From positions 1,113 to 65,112 of the IMG/VR virus record IMGVR_UViG_3300023073_000004: a DNA stretch of 64,000 nucleotides; one strand, given 5' to 3'. A program made the position numbers and the translations under genes. Below, piece by piece: positions 17,055 through 24,437 of this stretch. Position 1 is the first letter of the stretch. The number at the start of each line of letters is the position of its first letter. The stretch is from a virus. The notes beneath the pieces were generated by a model. It saw only the letters and a list, made by a program, of their open reading frames with translations. It made no database searches and was not told the DNA's origin.

Positions 17055-18022
17055 GGTTGTTGCCTTTCTTCTCTCTCAAACTGCTCATTTTCCAAACTTT
17101 CACCCCGCGCGCAGACTCCGTAGAAGTCACATTCGCGATTGAATGCGAAGCACTGGTCGGGGTTACGCGGCCACCTGGACCGCGCCCTTGCTTCGCTGAT
17201 GAGCTCGCCGATCTGCCAGACGTCGAGGATTGATTCCTCGAGCTCGTCGCCGAGACGGACGATCTCGGCTCGTCCGTAGAATTTCCCAGGGTCGGCCAGC
17301 ATTGCGGTGACCAAGCGAGCCCGGAATGCCTCCGGTTCTTCGTCGGTGTCCCGCTGGCGTGCGTAGAGCTCGCCGGCCTTGGTGTACTTCCGGTCGGCTT
17401 CCGGAGTGGCCAGCTTTGGCTCGATGTCCGGCGCTTTGCCGATGACGTCGTAGAGGCAGCCGGTGATGTCGAAGCCGAGCGCCGGTCCGGCTGCTATGTA
17501 CTGGCTCACCTGCGGATTCAGCGTGAGCTTCTGCCAGTAGTAGGCACCTGCGCTGAAGTCCTGCGAGGTTGTCTTGTGCTCGACGCAGAGCACGCGGCTC
17601 GCAACCCGGCAAACTGCGTCGATCGTCCCGCCCAGAATGAAGTCGGGGTTTGTCTCGCCGGTGATGGGATCGACCAGCGGCGCCTCGAAAGGAACCTCCA
17701 CACCGAGCACCTCGATCGGCTCATCGATCCAGCGGTGATGGTACCCTTGGACCAGGACCTCCCCGCGGATCTGCTCGTACGGATCGACGACGGGTTCCAG
17801 GGTGGCCAGGGCGATCTCGAGGACGTCGTCTCCGCGCTTCCCGTCGGCCAGCGCTTTCCACCAGTTTTCGAGCCACTTGTGATGGCGCGAGCCGGTGACC
17901 AGCGGTTCCGCTCGTTCGCGCCTGACGTACCCGAGCTCGTAGCCGTAGTAGTGCTTGCGCAGGCAACTGCGGGCCGCCGTGGCACGCGAGTTGTTCAGCA
18001 CGTGAAGGCGTCGCTCGGCCAC
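17051..18022 (-). CDS. PD-(D/E)XK exonuclease (RecB/Cas4-like phage recombination nuclease)
   Basis: GTIDAV...VEHKT, QVSQY, C-terminal C...CDFYGVC and N-terminal C; GTG start overlapping the upstream TAG. Confidence 0.85.
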   Translation of the reverse strand: MAERRLHVLNNSRATAARSCLRKHYYGYELGYVRRERAEPLVTGSRHHKWLENWWKALADGKRGDDVLEIALATLEPVVDPYEQIRGEVLVQGYHHRWIDEPIEVLGVEVPFEAPLVDPITGETNPDFILGGTIDAVCRVASRVLCVEHKTTSQDFSAGAYYWQKLTLNPQVSQYIAAGPALGFDITGCLYDVIGKAPDIEPKLATPEADRKYTKAGELYARQRDTDEEPEAFRARLVTAMLADPGKFYGRAEIVRLGDELEESILDVWQIGELISEARARSRWPRNPDQCFAFNRECDFYGVCARGESLENEQFEREERQQP

Positions 18023-18198
18023 TACCTCTCCCCTCCCACCAGCGCCTCGGCCTGGTCGTGGGCGGTTTCGAGGACGGACTGCCGATCGTCGGGGTCGGCG
18101 CCAATCGGGCACTCCGGGCAGCTCTCGTCGATCAGGAATCGAACGCCGTGCTTGCCACAGTAGCTGGACAGCGGTCGGCCGTATTCGTCGCGTTCCAT
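18022..18198 (-). CDS. Small Cys-rich protein
   Basis: CGKH...CPEC; coupled. Confidence 0.5.
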   Translation of the reverse strand: MERDEYGRPLSSYCGKHGVRFLIDESCPECPIGADPDDRQSVLETAHDQAEALVGGER

Positions 18199-18464
18199 CA
18201 GGCAACCCTCCCCTGGTACCGAACCCCGCAGCTCTCCGTGATGGCCCGCGCCGTCTCGAAGTCGCCTTCTCGCTCGGCGCGGACGGCGTCCTCGACGTGC
18301 TTCTTCATCCAACCGAACCGGCGCTCGACCTCCGCCCAGGCAGCTTCTTCGCACGCCTCGCAACGGATCCAGTCTTCGCCGCGCGTCATGGTGTCGACGT
18401 CGAAGGACCCGTGGCAGTCGTCGCACTCGCGGGTTTCGATGTCGTCTGAATGGTCAGATGTCAT
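18198..18464 (-). CDS. Small zinc ribbon protein
   Basis: CDDC...CEAC. Confidence 0.55.
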   Translation of the reverse strand: MTSDHSDDIETRECDDCHGSFDVDTMTRGEDWIRCEACEEAAWAEVERRFGWMKKHVEDAVRAEREGDFETARAITESCGVRYQGRVA

Positions 18465-18690
18465 TGCCGCTCTCCTGCGCAACACGGATCCTGGTCTCCA
18501 GCTCGACAATCCGGTCCAACGCCGCCGCCCAAGACTTCGACATGAACCACTGCTCGAAGCGCTCGCGGTTCTCCTCGGAGTTGGCATCGCGGCCGGTCTC
18601 CAACGGCTCGTCCTTGCCGGGACGCTGGCAGCCGGTCGCTCGGTAGTAGAGGCCGTTGCAGGCTTCGAAGCGGTCGATTGAGTTTGCCAT
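18454..18690 (-). CDS. Hypothetical protein
   Basis: Coupled small ORF. Confidence 0.55.
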   Translation of the reverse strand: MANSIDRFEACNGLYYRATGCQRPGKDEPLETGRDANSEENRERFEQWFMSKSWAAALDRIVELETRIRVAQESGNDI

Positions 18691-18933
18691 TCAAGCCACC
18701 TTTCCCGCAGCCACGAGCTGCGCCTTGAGCCCATCGAACCTCTCCAAATCCGTCTCCACCCGTGCCCCCGTCTCCCCAGCCGGCCCGGTCGTTTCCTCGG
18801 CGAGCACGAGGTCGTCCCAGAGGTCGTCGAGGGCGCCGAGGACGTTGGCCCGGTAGGCCTCGGCTTCGGCCGAACAGGGCAGCTCGGCGACGAGATCGCG
18901 AGCGGCAACGATGGTGATTCGAGCGGCGGACAT
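18691..18933 (-). CDS. Hypothetical protein
   Basis: TGATG coupling at 18933. Confidence 0.55.
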   Translation of the reverse strand: MSAARITIVAARDLVAELPCSAEAEAYRANVLGALDDLWDDLVLAEETTGPAGETGARVETDLERFDGLKAQLVAAGKVA

Positions 18934-19271
18934 CACCAATTCCCTCCAGCCGTATCCGCCTCGCCGAACGTGCACGGGCCGCACATGCTGGTCACAGGCA
19001 CGGTTGGCGATGCCCCGCAGACCATGCAGGAGCCGCTCCAATTGGGCTCTGAATCCGGTGCGGGCTTGGCCAGCGGCGCCTTCCGCGTCTTGCCCTTGTG
19101 CCGCTTGCCGGAACCCGACAGGTCGGCCTCGGCTAGTTGGCTCGCCCCATCAATGGTGACCGGGTACGCGCGGCCCCTTCGGCTGCAGCCGGAGCACTCT
19201 GCCTGCACCTTGCCGCCAGGCAGATCGACCAGTCGCGGTTCAGACGCGTTTCCGCAGTGACGACAGCTCAC
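18933..19271 (-). CDS. Zinc finger protein
   Basis: CRHCG, CSGC, CMVCG, CGPC motifs; GTGA coupling. Confidence 0.55.
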   Translation of the reverse strand: MSCRHCGNASEPRLVDLPGGKVQAECSGCSRRGRAYPVTIDGASQLAEADLSGSGKRHKGKTRKAPLAKPAPDSEPNWSGSCMVCGASPTVPVTSMCGPCTFGEADTAGGNW

Positions 19272-19525
19272 GCTGCACCATCCTTGCCCATCCAGATCGC
19301 GACGGCTTGGTCGAACCAACCGGGCCGCGGCGTGAGGGTCTCCGCGTTGAAGAATGCCGGGCCCATGCGTTCGAAGGCGTACTGCCAGGCGCATTCGGGC
19401 GGCTGGTAGACCAGACTGGCGAGCGTGTGTGCGGCGACCCGATGAAGCTCGGAGTCCGCCGGCAAGGCGGCGCAGACGCGCTTCATGACATCGAACACGT
19501 CGCGGGTGGGTCGGTTGTCAGCCAT
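19268..19525 (-). CDS. Hypothetical protein
   Basis: TGATG coupling. Confidence 0.55.
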   Translation of the reverse strand: MADNRPTRDVFDVMKRVCAALPADSELHRVAAHTLASLVYQPPECAWQYAFERMGPAFFNAETLTPRPGWFDQAVAIWMGKDGAA

Positions 19526-19797
19526 CAGTCGAACCTCGATCCAACGCGCTGCCACTCGGGCCTGTTGTCCGGCTTGGCGAAGACAGGCCACGGCCTCCGA
19601 TACAGCTCGCCCGCGATCGTTCGCGCGCAGCCGAGGAGTTCGAAGCGCAGCATGAACGCTTCCAGGTACCCGCCAGCGCAGGCGGCGATCGCCTCGTCAG
19701 CGTTGCGGCCGGCGACTTCGTTGCCGCTCAGCACGGCAGCAGCGAACGGGAACCGGCTCGCGTCGACGGCGACGGGCATTCCGACGAGGGTGTTCAC
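19525..19797 (-). CDS. Hypothetical protein
   Basis: GTGA coupling. Confidence 0.5.
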   Translation of the reverse strand: MNTLVGMPVAVDASRFPFAAAVLSGNEVAGRNADEAIAACAGGYLEAFMLRFELLGCARTIAGELYRRPWPVFAKPDNRPEWQRVGSRFD

Positions 19798-20018
19798 AGG
19801 TGGGCTCCCTTGCAGTCGCGGACATCGCCCTTGCAGGCCGGGCAGGTGTGGCGGTCGAAGTAGCGGGCCAGAAGGTGCCAGCCGACCTGAGCGACGACCG
19901 TGAAGACCACGCCGGCAGCGAAGACCAGCGCATTGGCCCAGGTGGCCCAGGACTCGATGATTCCGGCGACGACCAGCATGAGGGCCGTCAGGGCTGCGAT
20001 GATGGCGAGGAGGGTCAC
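19794..20018 (-). CDS. Small two-TM membrane protein with a C-terminal CxxC
   Basis: Two hydrophobic helices then CPACKG. Confidence 0.6.
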   Translation of the reverse strand: MTLLAIIAALTALMLVVAGIIESWATWANALVFAAGVVFTVVAQVGWHLLARYFDRHTCPACKGDVRDCKGAHL

Positions 20019-20311
20019 TTCGCACCTCCCGCAACGACGGTCAGCCGATGCTTCGGCGCGAGGTCAGCGCGGACCCGCGGGCGAGCGTCGAGGCCGAAGG
20101 TGCGCGCTTCGCTCAGCAGGCGAGCCAGTTCGCTAACTGCCAGCGAGCGGACCCTGTAGTCGCGCTTCAAGCGGTAGGGGCCGCAGGTGACGAAGGTCAG
20201 TTCAATGTCCCAGCTGCGAGCCTGGTCGGCGGGGACCTCGACCTTGTGGCGGCCAAGGGGAACGAGGCGCGCGCGGGTGATGCGCGGGGTGGCGAGGGCG
20301 GCGGCGCTCAT
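20015..20311 (-). CDS. Hypothetical protein
   Basis: Coupled ORF. Confidence 0.55.
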   Translation of the reverse strand: MSAAALATPRITRARLVPLGRHKVEVPADQARSWDIELTFVTCGPYRLKRDYRVRSLAVSELARLLSEARTFGLDARPRVRADLAPKHRLTVVAGGAK

Positions 20312-20472
20312 CGGACACCTCCGACCAGCGCACGCGGAAACCGGGGCTGGGCCTTGGCCACGCCCGGACGAGAAACCTCGGTCTCGACGACCGGACGGAC
20401 CGAATCGGAACGCTCGACGACGTGGGCCAGCTCGAGCGGGCCGACTTTCAGGTGGAGGGTGATGCGGGTCAT
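20308..20472 (-). CDS. First gene of the early-left operon, hypothetical
   Basis: MTRITLHLKVG...; GGGAGAAAG RBS; ATGA overlap. Confidence 0.5.
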   Translation of the reverse strand: MTRITLHLKVGPLELAHVVERSDSVRPVVETEVSRPGVAKAQPRFPRALVGGVR

Positions 20473-20506
20473 GGGGGCTTTCTCCCGGGTCGAAGTGACC
20501 AGGTAT

Positions 20507-20540
20507 GAGTAACCTTAATTACTCTTACGCTTCGCCGCAA
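20507..20540 (-). promoter_or_regulatory. Leftward early promoter with overlapping operator (OL-like)
   Basis: Minus strand TTGCGG-N17-TAAGGT; inverted repeat GAGTAA-N6-TTACTC at 20507-20524. Confidence 0.7.
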
Positions 20541-20706
20541 CAGAAAAGCAGTCTGGGTGGGCCACGCTGGCGGGCAGGTTGGCCGCTATCGCAAGCAAGT
20601 TCAGCTACTTGTGAGGTCGACAAAATTCTCCGGGGGGGGGGCATTCCCTGTCCGAGCGCAAAACGTTCACTTTCGGACGCTGTGACCATGGAGTGACCCT
20701 GACGAG

Positions 20707-21285
20707 ATGAGGATGGAAGACATCGAGAGGGAGGCGGGGCTGATGGCTAGGGACGGTTCGGAGGCGCCGAGGGTGCTGGAGTTGGCCAGACGGGTCCTGG
20801 GCGGCCGGGACGGCGTGGTCGCGGTGCCAGGTAGAGCTCTGCCTGGCGACGGGGCGCTCGTCCGTGTGCGCGGACGTGTGCAGATCTACGTGAAGAGCGG
20901 GATCTCCACGGAGCGCGTTCGCTGGGTCGTGGCTCACGAACTCGGCCACCTAGCGCTCGGGTTGGATTCCTCGAGTCGAGCCAACGAGGACGCCTGCGAC
21001 GCGTTCGCTGCCGCGCTGCTACTTCCTCGCCAGGCATTCGGGGCGGCACTCGCCGAGGTCGGGCCGAGCTACGCCAAGCTCGCTCGGTGGTTCGTCACGA
21101 CGGAGAGCTGCGCCGCGCTGCGGCTCGGCGAGGTGACAGGCGTGCCGCTGGCGTTGATCACCCCCAAAAGAATTCGCACGCGCGGTGCGGAGTTCTCGTG
21201 GCCTGCGGACCTATCAAGGCGAGTGCCGGGCCTAAAACGGGCGACGCTCAGGGACGACCGTCGTCGGGTGGCGCTGCGGGCCTAG
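20707..21285 (+). CDS. ImmA/IrrE-family metallopeptidase (anti-repressor protease)
   Basis: RWVVAHELGH (HExxH) and EDACDAFAAALLLP motifs; adjacent to the repressor. Confidence 0.88.
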   Translation: MRMEDIEREAGLMARDGSEAPRVLELARRVLGGRDGVVAVPGRALPGDGALVRVRGRVQIYVKSGISTERVRWVVAHELGHLALGLDSSSRANEDACDAFAAALLLPRQAFGAALAEVGPSYAKLARWFVTTESCAALRLGEVTGVPLALITPKRIRTRGAEFSWPADLSRRVPGLKRATLRDDRRRVALRA

Positions 21286-21848
21286 GAGCCGCTCCGCCGC
21301 TTTTTCGGCTTTCGCAGCGCGTTGCGTCCCGTCACCGGGTCATGGCCTAGGCCGTCTGGATCGGGTTCGCCGCCGGACTGCAGGGCCTCGATGGCCTTGG
21401 CTAGCTTCTCGGCATCAGGATCCCCGTCGCCTACGTGGGTAGCTAGCACCGACGCGGCCGAGTCAACGAAGTCCCCGCCGCGCACGCGTACGGCCAGGAT
21501 CCCCAGGGCTTGCAGGTAGAGCGGCGGGAACTGCGGGACCACTCGTCGGTCCCACCATTCGATAGCAGCGGCCTCGAAGTCACCGAAGGCCATGCCGCAC
21601 AGTACCTTCGCCACCTGGCGGCCAAACTGGGGCGAGATCCACTTTTTCGGTTGGCTGCCGGCCCAATGGGTGATGTTGGCGGGAGACGTGTCGAGCTCGT
21701 CGGCAAGGCGTCGCCTTGCCCCGCGGTCACTCCCGATCTCCTGAGTAATTTCACGGAGACGGCGACGAATGTGCTCGCGAGCGAAGGCTGCGATCCGGAC
21801 CTCGATGTCACCCACGGCCCGGAGCGTAACCGCGCTTAACGTTGCCAT
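21282..21848 (-). CDS. Phage repressor (HTH, ImmR/CI-like)
   Basis: RRRLADELDTSPANITHW helix-turn-helix; divergent from the Cro-like gene. Confidence 0.65.
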   Translation of the reverse strand: MATLSAVTLRAVGDIEVRIAAFAREHIRRRLREITQEIGSDRGARRRLADELDTSPANITHWAGSQPKKWISPQFGRQVAKVLCGMAFGDFEAAAIEWWDRRVVPQFPPLYLQALGILAVRVRGGDFVDSAASVLATHVGDGDPDAEKLAKAIEALQSGGEPDPDGLGHDPVTGRNALRKPKKRRSGS

Positions 21849-21866
21849 CGACCCGCCGATTCTGGG

Positions 21867-21898
21867 TTGCGCCCAGTCGTAATCTTAATTACTCTTAC
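21867..21898 (+). promoter_or_regulatory. Rightward early promoter with overlapping operator (OR-like)
   Basis: TTGCGC-N17-TACTCT; GTAATCTTAATTACTCTTAC matches the 20509-20528 site at 19/20 positions. Confidence 0.7.
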
Positions 21899-21902
21899 CG
21901 TC

Positions 21903-22202
21903 ATGAGTGAGCCGACGGGCCCAGACAAGCTGTCCAAGTTCTTGGAACGCAACGGGATTTCTAGGCCGAAGTTCGCCGACGCCCTGGACGTATCAGCCAT
22001 CGCGGCGCGGAACTGGCTGTTGCGCCTTGGGTCTCCTCGGCCCGACCACCGGAAGGCCATCAGCGTCTTCACTGGCGGCGAGGTCGCCGAGGACGACTGG
22101 GTCACCGATGAGGAGCGCGCGGTGAGCGAAAAGCTCTCCGAGGTGAAGCCGTTCTCGCCGACCGCGGAAGGGCCTTCCCCCTCCGACCCGGAGGCAGCAT
22201 GA
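21903..22202 (+). CDS. Cro-like HTH regulator
   Basis: LSKFLERNGISRPKFADALDVSAIAARNW...GEV...DW pattern. Confidence 0.8.
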   Translation: MSEPTGPDKLSKFLERNGISRPKFADALDVSAIAARNWLLRLGSPRPDHRKAISVFTGGEVAEDDWVTDEERAVSEKLSEVKPFSPTAEGPSPSDPEAA

Positions 22203-22960
22203 CCGACCTGGCCGTCTTCGAGTTCGGGGCCCGCAAGGTACGAACCGCCGGCACCCACGAGGCGCCGCTGTTCTGCGCGGCGGATGTGTGCGGGGTGCTG
22301 GACATCACCGATGCGCCGCAGGCGGTCAACCGGCTGCCCCAGAGCGACGTCGAGCTGGTGGGTATTGAACACGCCGGACGCAGGAAACGCGCTGCGTTCG
22401 TGACCGAGGCCGGTCTCTACAAGCTCATCATGCGGAGCCGCAAGCCGCAGGCCGAAGCCTTCGTCGAGTGGGTGACCGGCGAAGTCCTCCCGGCCATCCG
22501 GCGCAAGGGCTACTACTCGGCTCTCGAAGCCGACCAGGAGCGCCAGACAGAGCGGCTGCTGGCCGAATGCTTCCCACATTTGCCGAGCAAGTCCGCGCCG
22601 ATCTTCCGTGAGCTGATTGCTGCGCTCGTGCGTCTCCGACGTTCGAACGAAACGGCCAATCCACCGTGGGCCCGCACGCTCGCGCGCCTGGTCTACGGGT
22701 GGTCGATCCGCGTCGAAGGTGAGCAGCCGGCGCGGCGCGTGCGCAATCCGAACCCGAACGGCTCGCACGTTGACCACTCGATGTTCTCGGAGGTGGCCGC
22801 CGAGGCCGTGAAGCGCGTGGTGCACACTGGCACCGACTTCGCTCGAGTCTCGACGAACTGGGAGGACTGGAAGCTCAAGATGGAGTTGGCCTTCGGGAGC
22901 AAGGCCATTCAGCTCCCGATGATGGTGCAGCTTCGCGCCCTGCCGGGAGGGCGGCGATGA
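22199..22960 (+). CDS. Bro-N domain antirepressor
   Basis: PLFCAADVCGVL...FVTEAGLYKLIMRSRKPQAEAFVEWVTGEVLPAIRRKGYY. Confidence 0.92.
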   Translation: MTDLAVFEFGARKVRTAGTHEAPLFCAADVCGVLDITDAPQAVNRLPQSDVELVGIEHAGRRKRAAFVTEAGLYKLIMRSRKPQAEAFVEWVTGEVLPAIRRKGYYSALEADQERQTERLLAECFPHLPSKSAPIFRELIAALVRLRRSNETANPPWARTLARLVYGWSIRVEGEQPARRVRNPNPNGSHVDHSMFSEVAAEAVKRVVHTGTDFARVSTNWEDWKLKMELAFGSKAIQLPMMVQLRALPGGRR

Positions 22961-23265
22961 AGTCTTCTCACCCTCCGGCACCAACCGGCGTGGCATCTGG
23001 CGATCTCCGTGTCGGTCATGATCCACAACCTGGACACGCGCCTGGCATCGCGAAAGCGGCAGAGTCACCGTCCACCTATGTTCAGGCTGCGCGGGACTTC
23101 AGTGCGCTAGTCGAGCTGCTCCCGCGCAAGGCAATCGAGGCAAGCATCTGCACCGGGGTCCACGTCGACACGGTGCGACGGTGGATGAGCGGCGAAACGG
23201 ACGTCCCTCTCCAGGCCTACCTGGCTCTGCAGAGGCGCCTCGGGCGCATGGGGAGAGCGGCATGA
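22957..23265 (+). CDS. HTH DNA-binding protein
   Basis: ASICTGVHVDTVRRWMSGET. Confidence 0.65.
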   Translation: MKSSHPPAPTGVASGDLRVGHDPQPGHAPGIAKAAESPSTYVQAARDFSALVELLPRKAIEASICTGVHVDTVRRWMSGETDVPLQAYLALQRRLGRMGRAA

Positions 23266-23495
23266 AAACCGACCTCCGCACCAAACCCCTCCTCCCGACG
23301 TCCTACGACTGCGAGCTCGAGCGGCTCCGTCTCCTAGACCTTCGCCGACCCCGCAGGCGCGTTGCTGCCGTGGCTCGCCTGGAACGCTGGCTCGAAGCCC
23401 AAGAGGCCGAGCGGTTTGCCGAGGCGCTGGCTGGCGAGCGCAGGAGTCGGGCGCGAATGGCGATGGCGGAGACAGCAATGACGGAGGCGTGGTGA
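23262..23495 (+). CDS. Hypothetical protein
   Basis: ATGA coupling (MKTDLRTKP...). Confidence 0.5.
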   Translation: MKTDLRTKPLLPTSYDCELERLRLLDLRRPRRRVAAVARLERWLEAQEAERFAEALAGERRSRARMAMAETAMTEAW

Positions 23496-23620
23496 ACGCT
23501 CTCTATTTTGCGCTGGCTGGCTTCAGCCTCGGAGTCGGCATCGGCAATCGCAACAACCCGGCCCTTTGCGCAATGGGCTTCGCCTCGGCGGGCTTCATCA
23601 TCGGATTGGCTTTCCCATGA
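23492..23620 (+). CDS. Small two-TM membrane peptide (42 aa)
   Basis: MNALYFALAGFSLGVGIGNRNNPALCAMGFASAGFIIGLAFP; coupled at both ends; not in the supplied ORF track. Confidence 0.55.
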   Translation: MNALYFALAGFSLGVGIGNRNNPALCAMGFASAGFIIGLAFP

Positions 23621-24198
23621 CCTACAAAACAACCGAACCCAAGGCGATGCTCCTGGTGCTCACGCTGGCAGCGCTGCTTTTTTCCTGGGCATTCTCCGGC
23701 ATCGCGAGTGGCACCGGCTCAACCCTCGCCGCCCTGGAGCGCGTCCCGGTTCACACCACGGACCGTGGCGAACCACCCGAGGATCGGCGAAAGCGCTTGG
23801 CGGAGATTGCCGAGGCGATCGATGGCGCAACCCAAAACCTCGACGAGCGCGCGTGGCTCATCATGACCGCGCGGCGGGAATCCGGCTTGGCCAAGTACGT
23901 GAGCGAAGACCACGCGCGATGCTCCGAAGGCCAGGGGGGGGTATGCGATGGCGGCCGGAGTTTTTCGGTCTGGCAGCTCAGAGCAACCAAGCGCGACCTG
24001 ACGAAGGCCGAGCAAGCCATCGAAGCCCTGAAGCGCTTCAGGCGCGCGGCCAACTACTGCCACTCCCGCGGCGTCGACTATTTCCTAGGCGGGACGAGTC
24101 AGTACGCGCTCGGGCGGACGTTCGAATACGGCGGATGCGCTTGGCCGGAGGCGAAGGAGCGCGTGGCGGAGATGCGCGTTGTGCGGGGGCGGTTGTGA
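23617..24198 (+). CDS. Lysozyme-like / lytic transglycosylase-like protein with an N-terminal signal or anchor
   Basis: Hydrophobic N-terminus; ARRESG (catalytic Glu-Ser) and SVWQL motifs. Confidence 0.55.
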   Translation: MTYKTTEPKAMLLVLTLAALLFSWAFSGIASGTGSTLAALERVPVHTTDRGEPPEDRRKRLAEIAEAIDGATQNLDERAWLIMTARRESGLAKYVSEDHARCSEGQGGVCDGGRSFSVWQLRATKRDLTKAEQAIEALKRFRRAANYCHSRGVDYFLGGTSQYALGRTFEYGGCAWPEAKERVAEMRVVRGRL

Positions 24199-24437
24199 GC
24201 ATCTGGCGCTTCATCCTGCCGGCTCTCGCGCTCTCGATCTGGGCGTGGTTGTTCTTCACGATCGGTCGCTCCGAGCTGAAGCGCTACGCGGAGGACGCCT
24301 GCGAGTCCGCGGCCAACCGCGAGGAGATCAAGAGCGGCCACTCCGTCGAAGACATGATCGTCGACGGCAAGTGCTACCTGCGACGCGCTGCGCCTTGGGG
24401 CGAGACGCCGGGTAAGTGGCGCGAGGTGAAGCCATGA
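24195..24437 (+). CDS. Small membrane-anchored protein
   Basis: N-terminal TM; GTGA/ATGA coupling. Confidence 0.55.
   Translation: MSIWRFILPALALSIWAWLFFTIGRSELKRYAEDACESAANREEIKSGHSVEDMIVDGKCYLRRAAPWGETPGKWREVKP

Noticed and set aside
17051-18022. Cas4 as part of a CRISPR system
   Set aside because: It sits in an SSB/Sak4 recombination module with no cas genes or array; it is a routine phage recombination exonuclease
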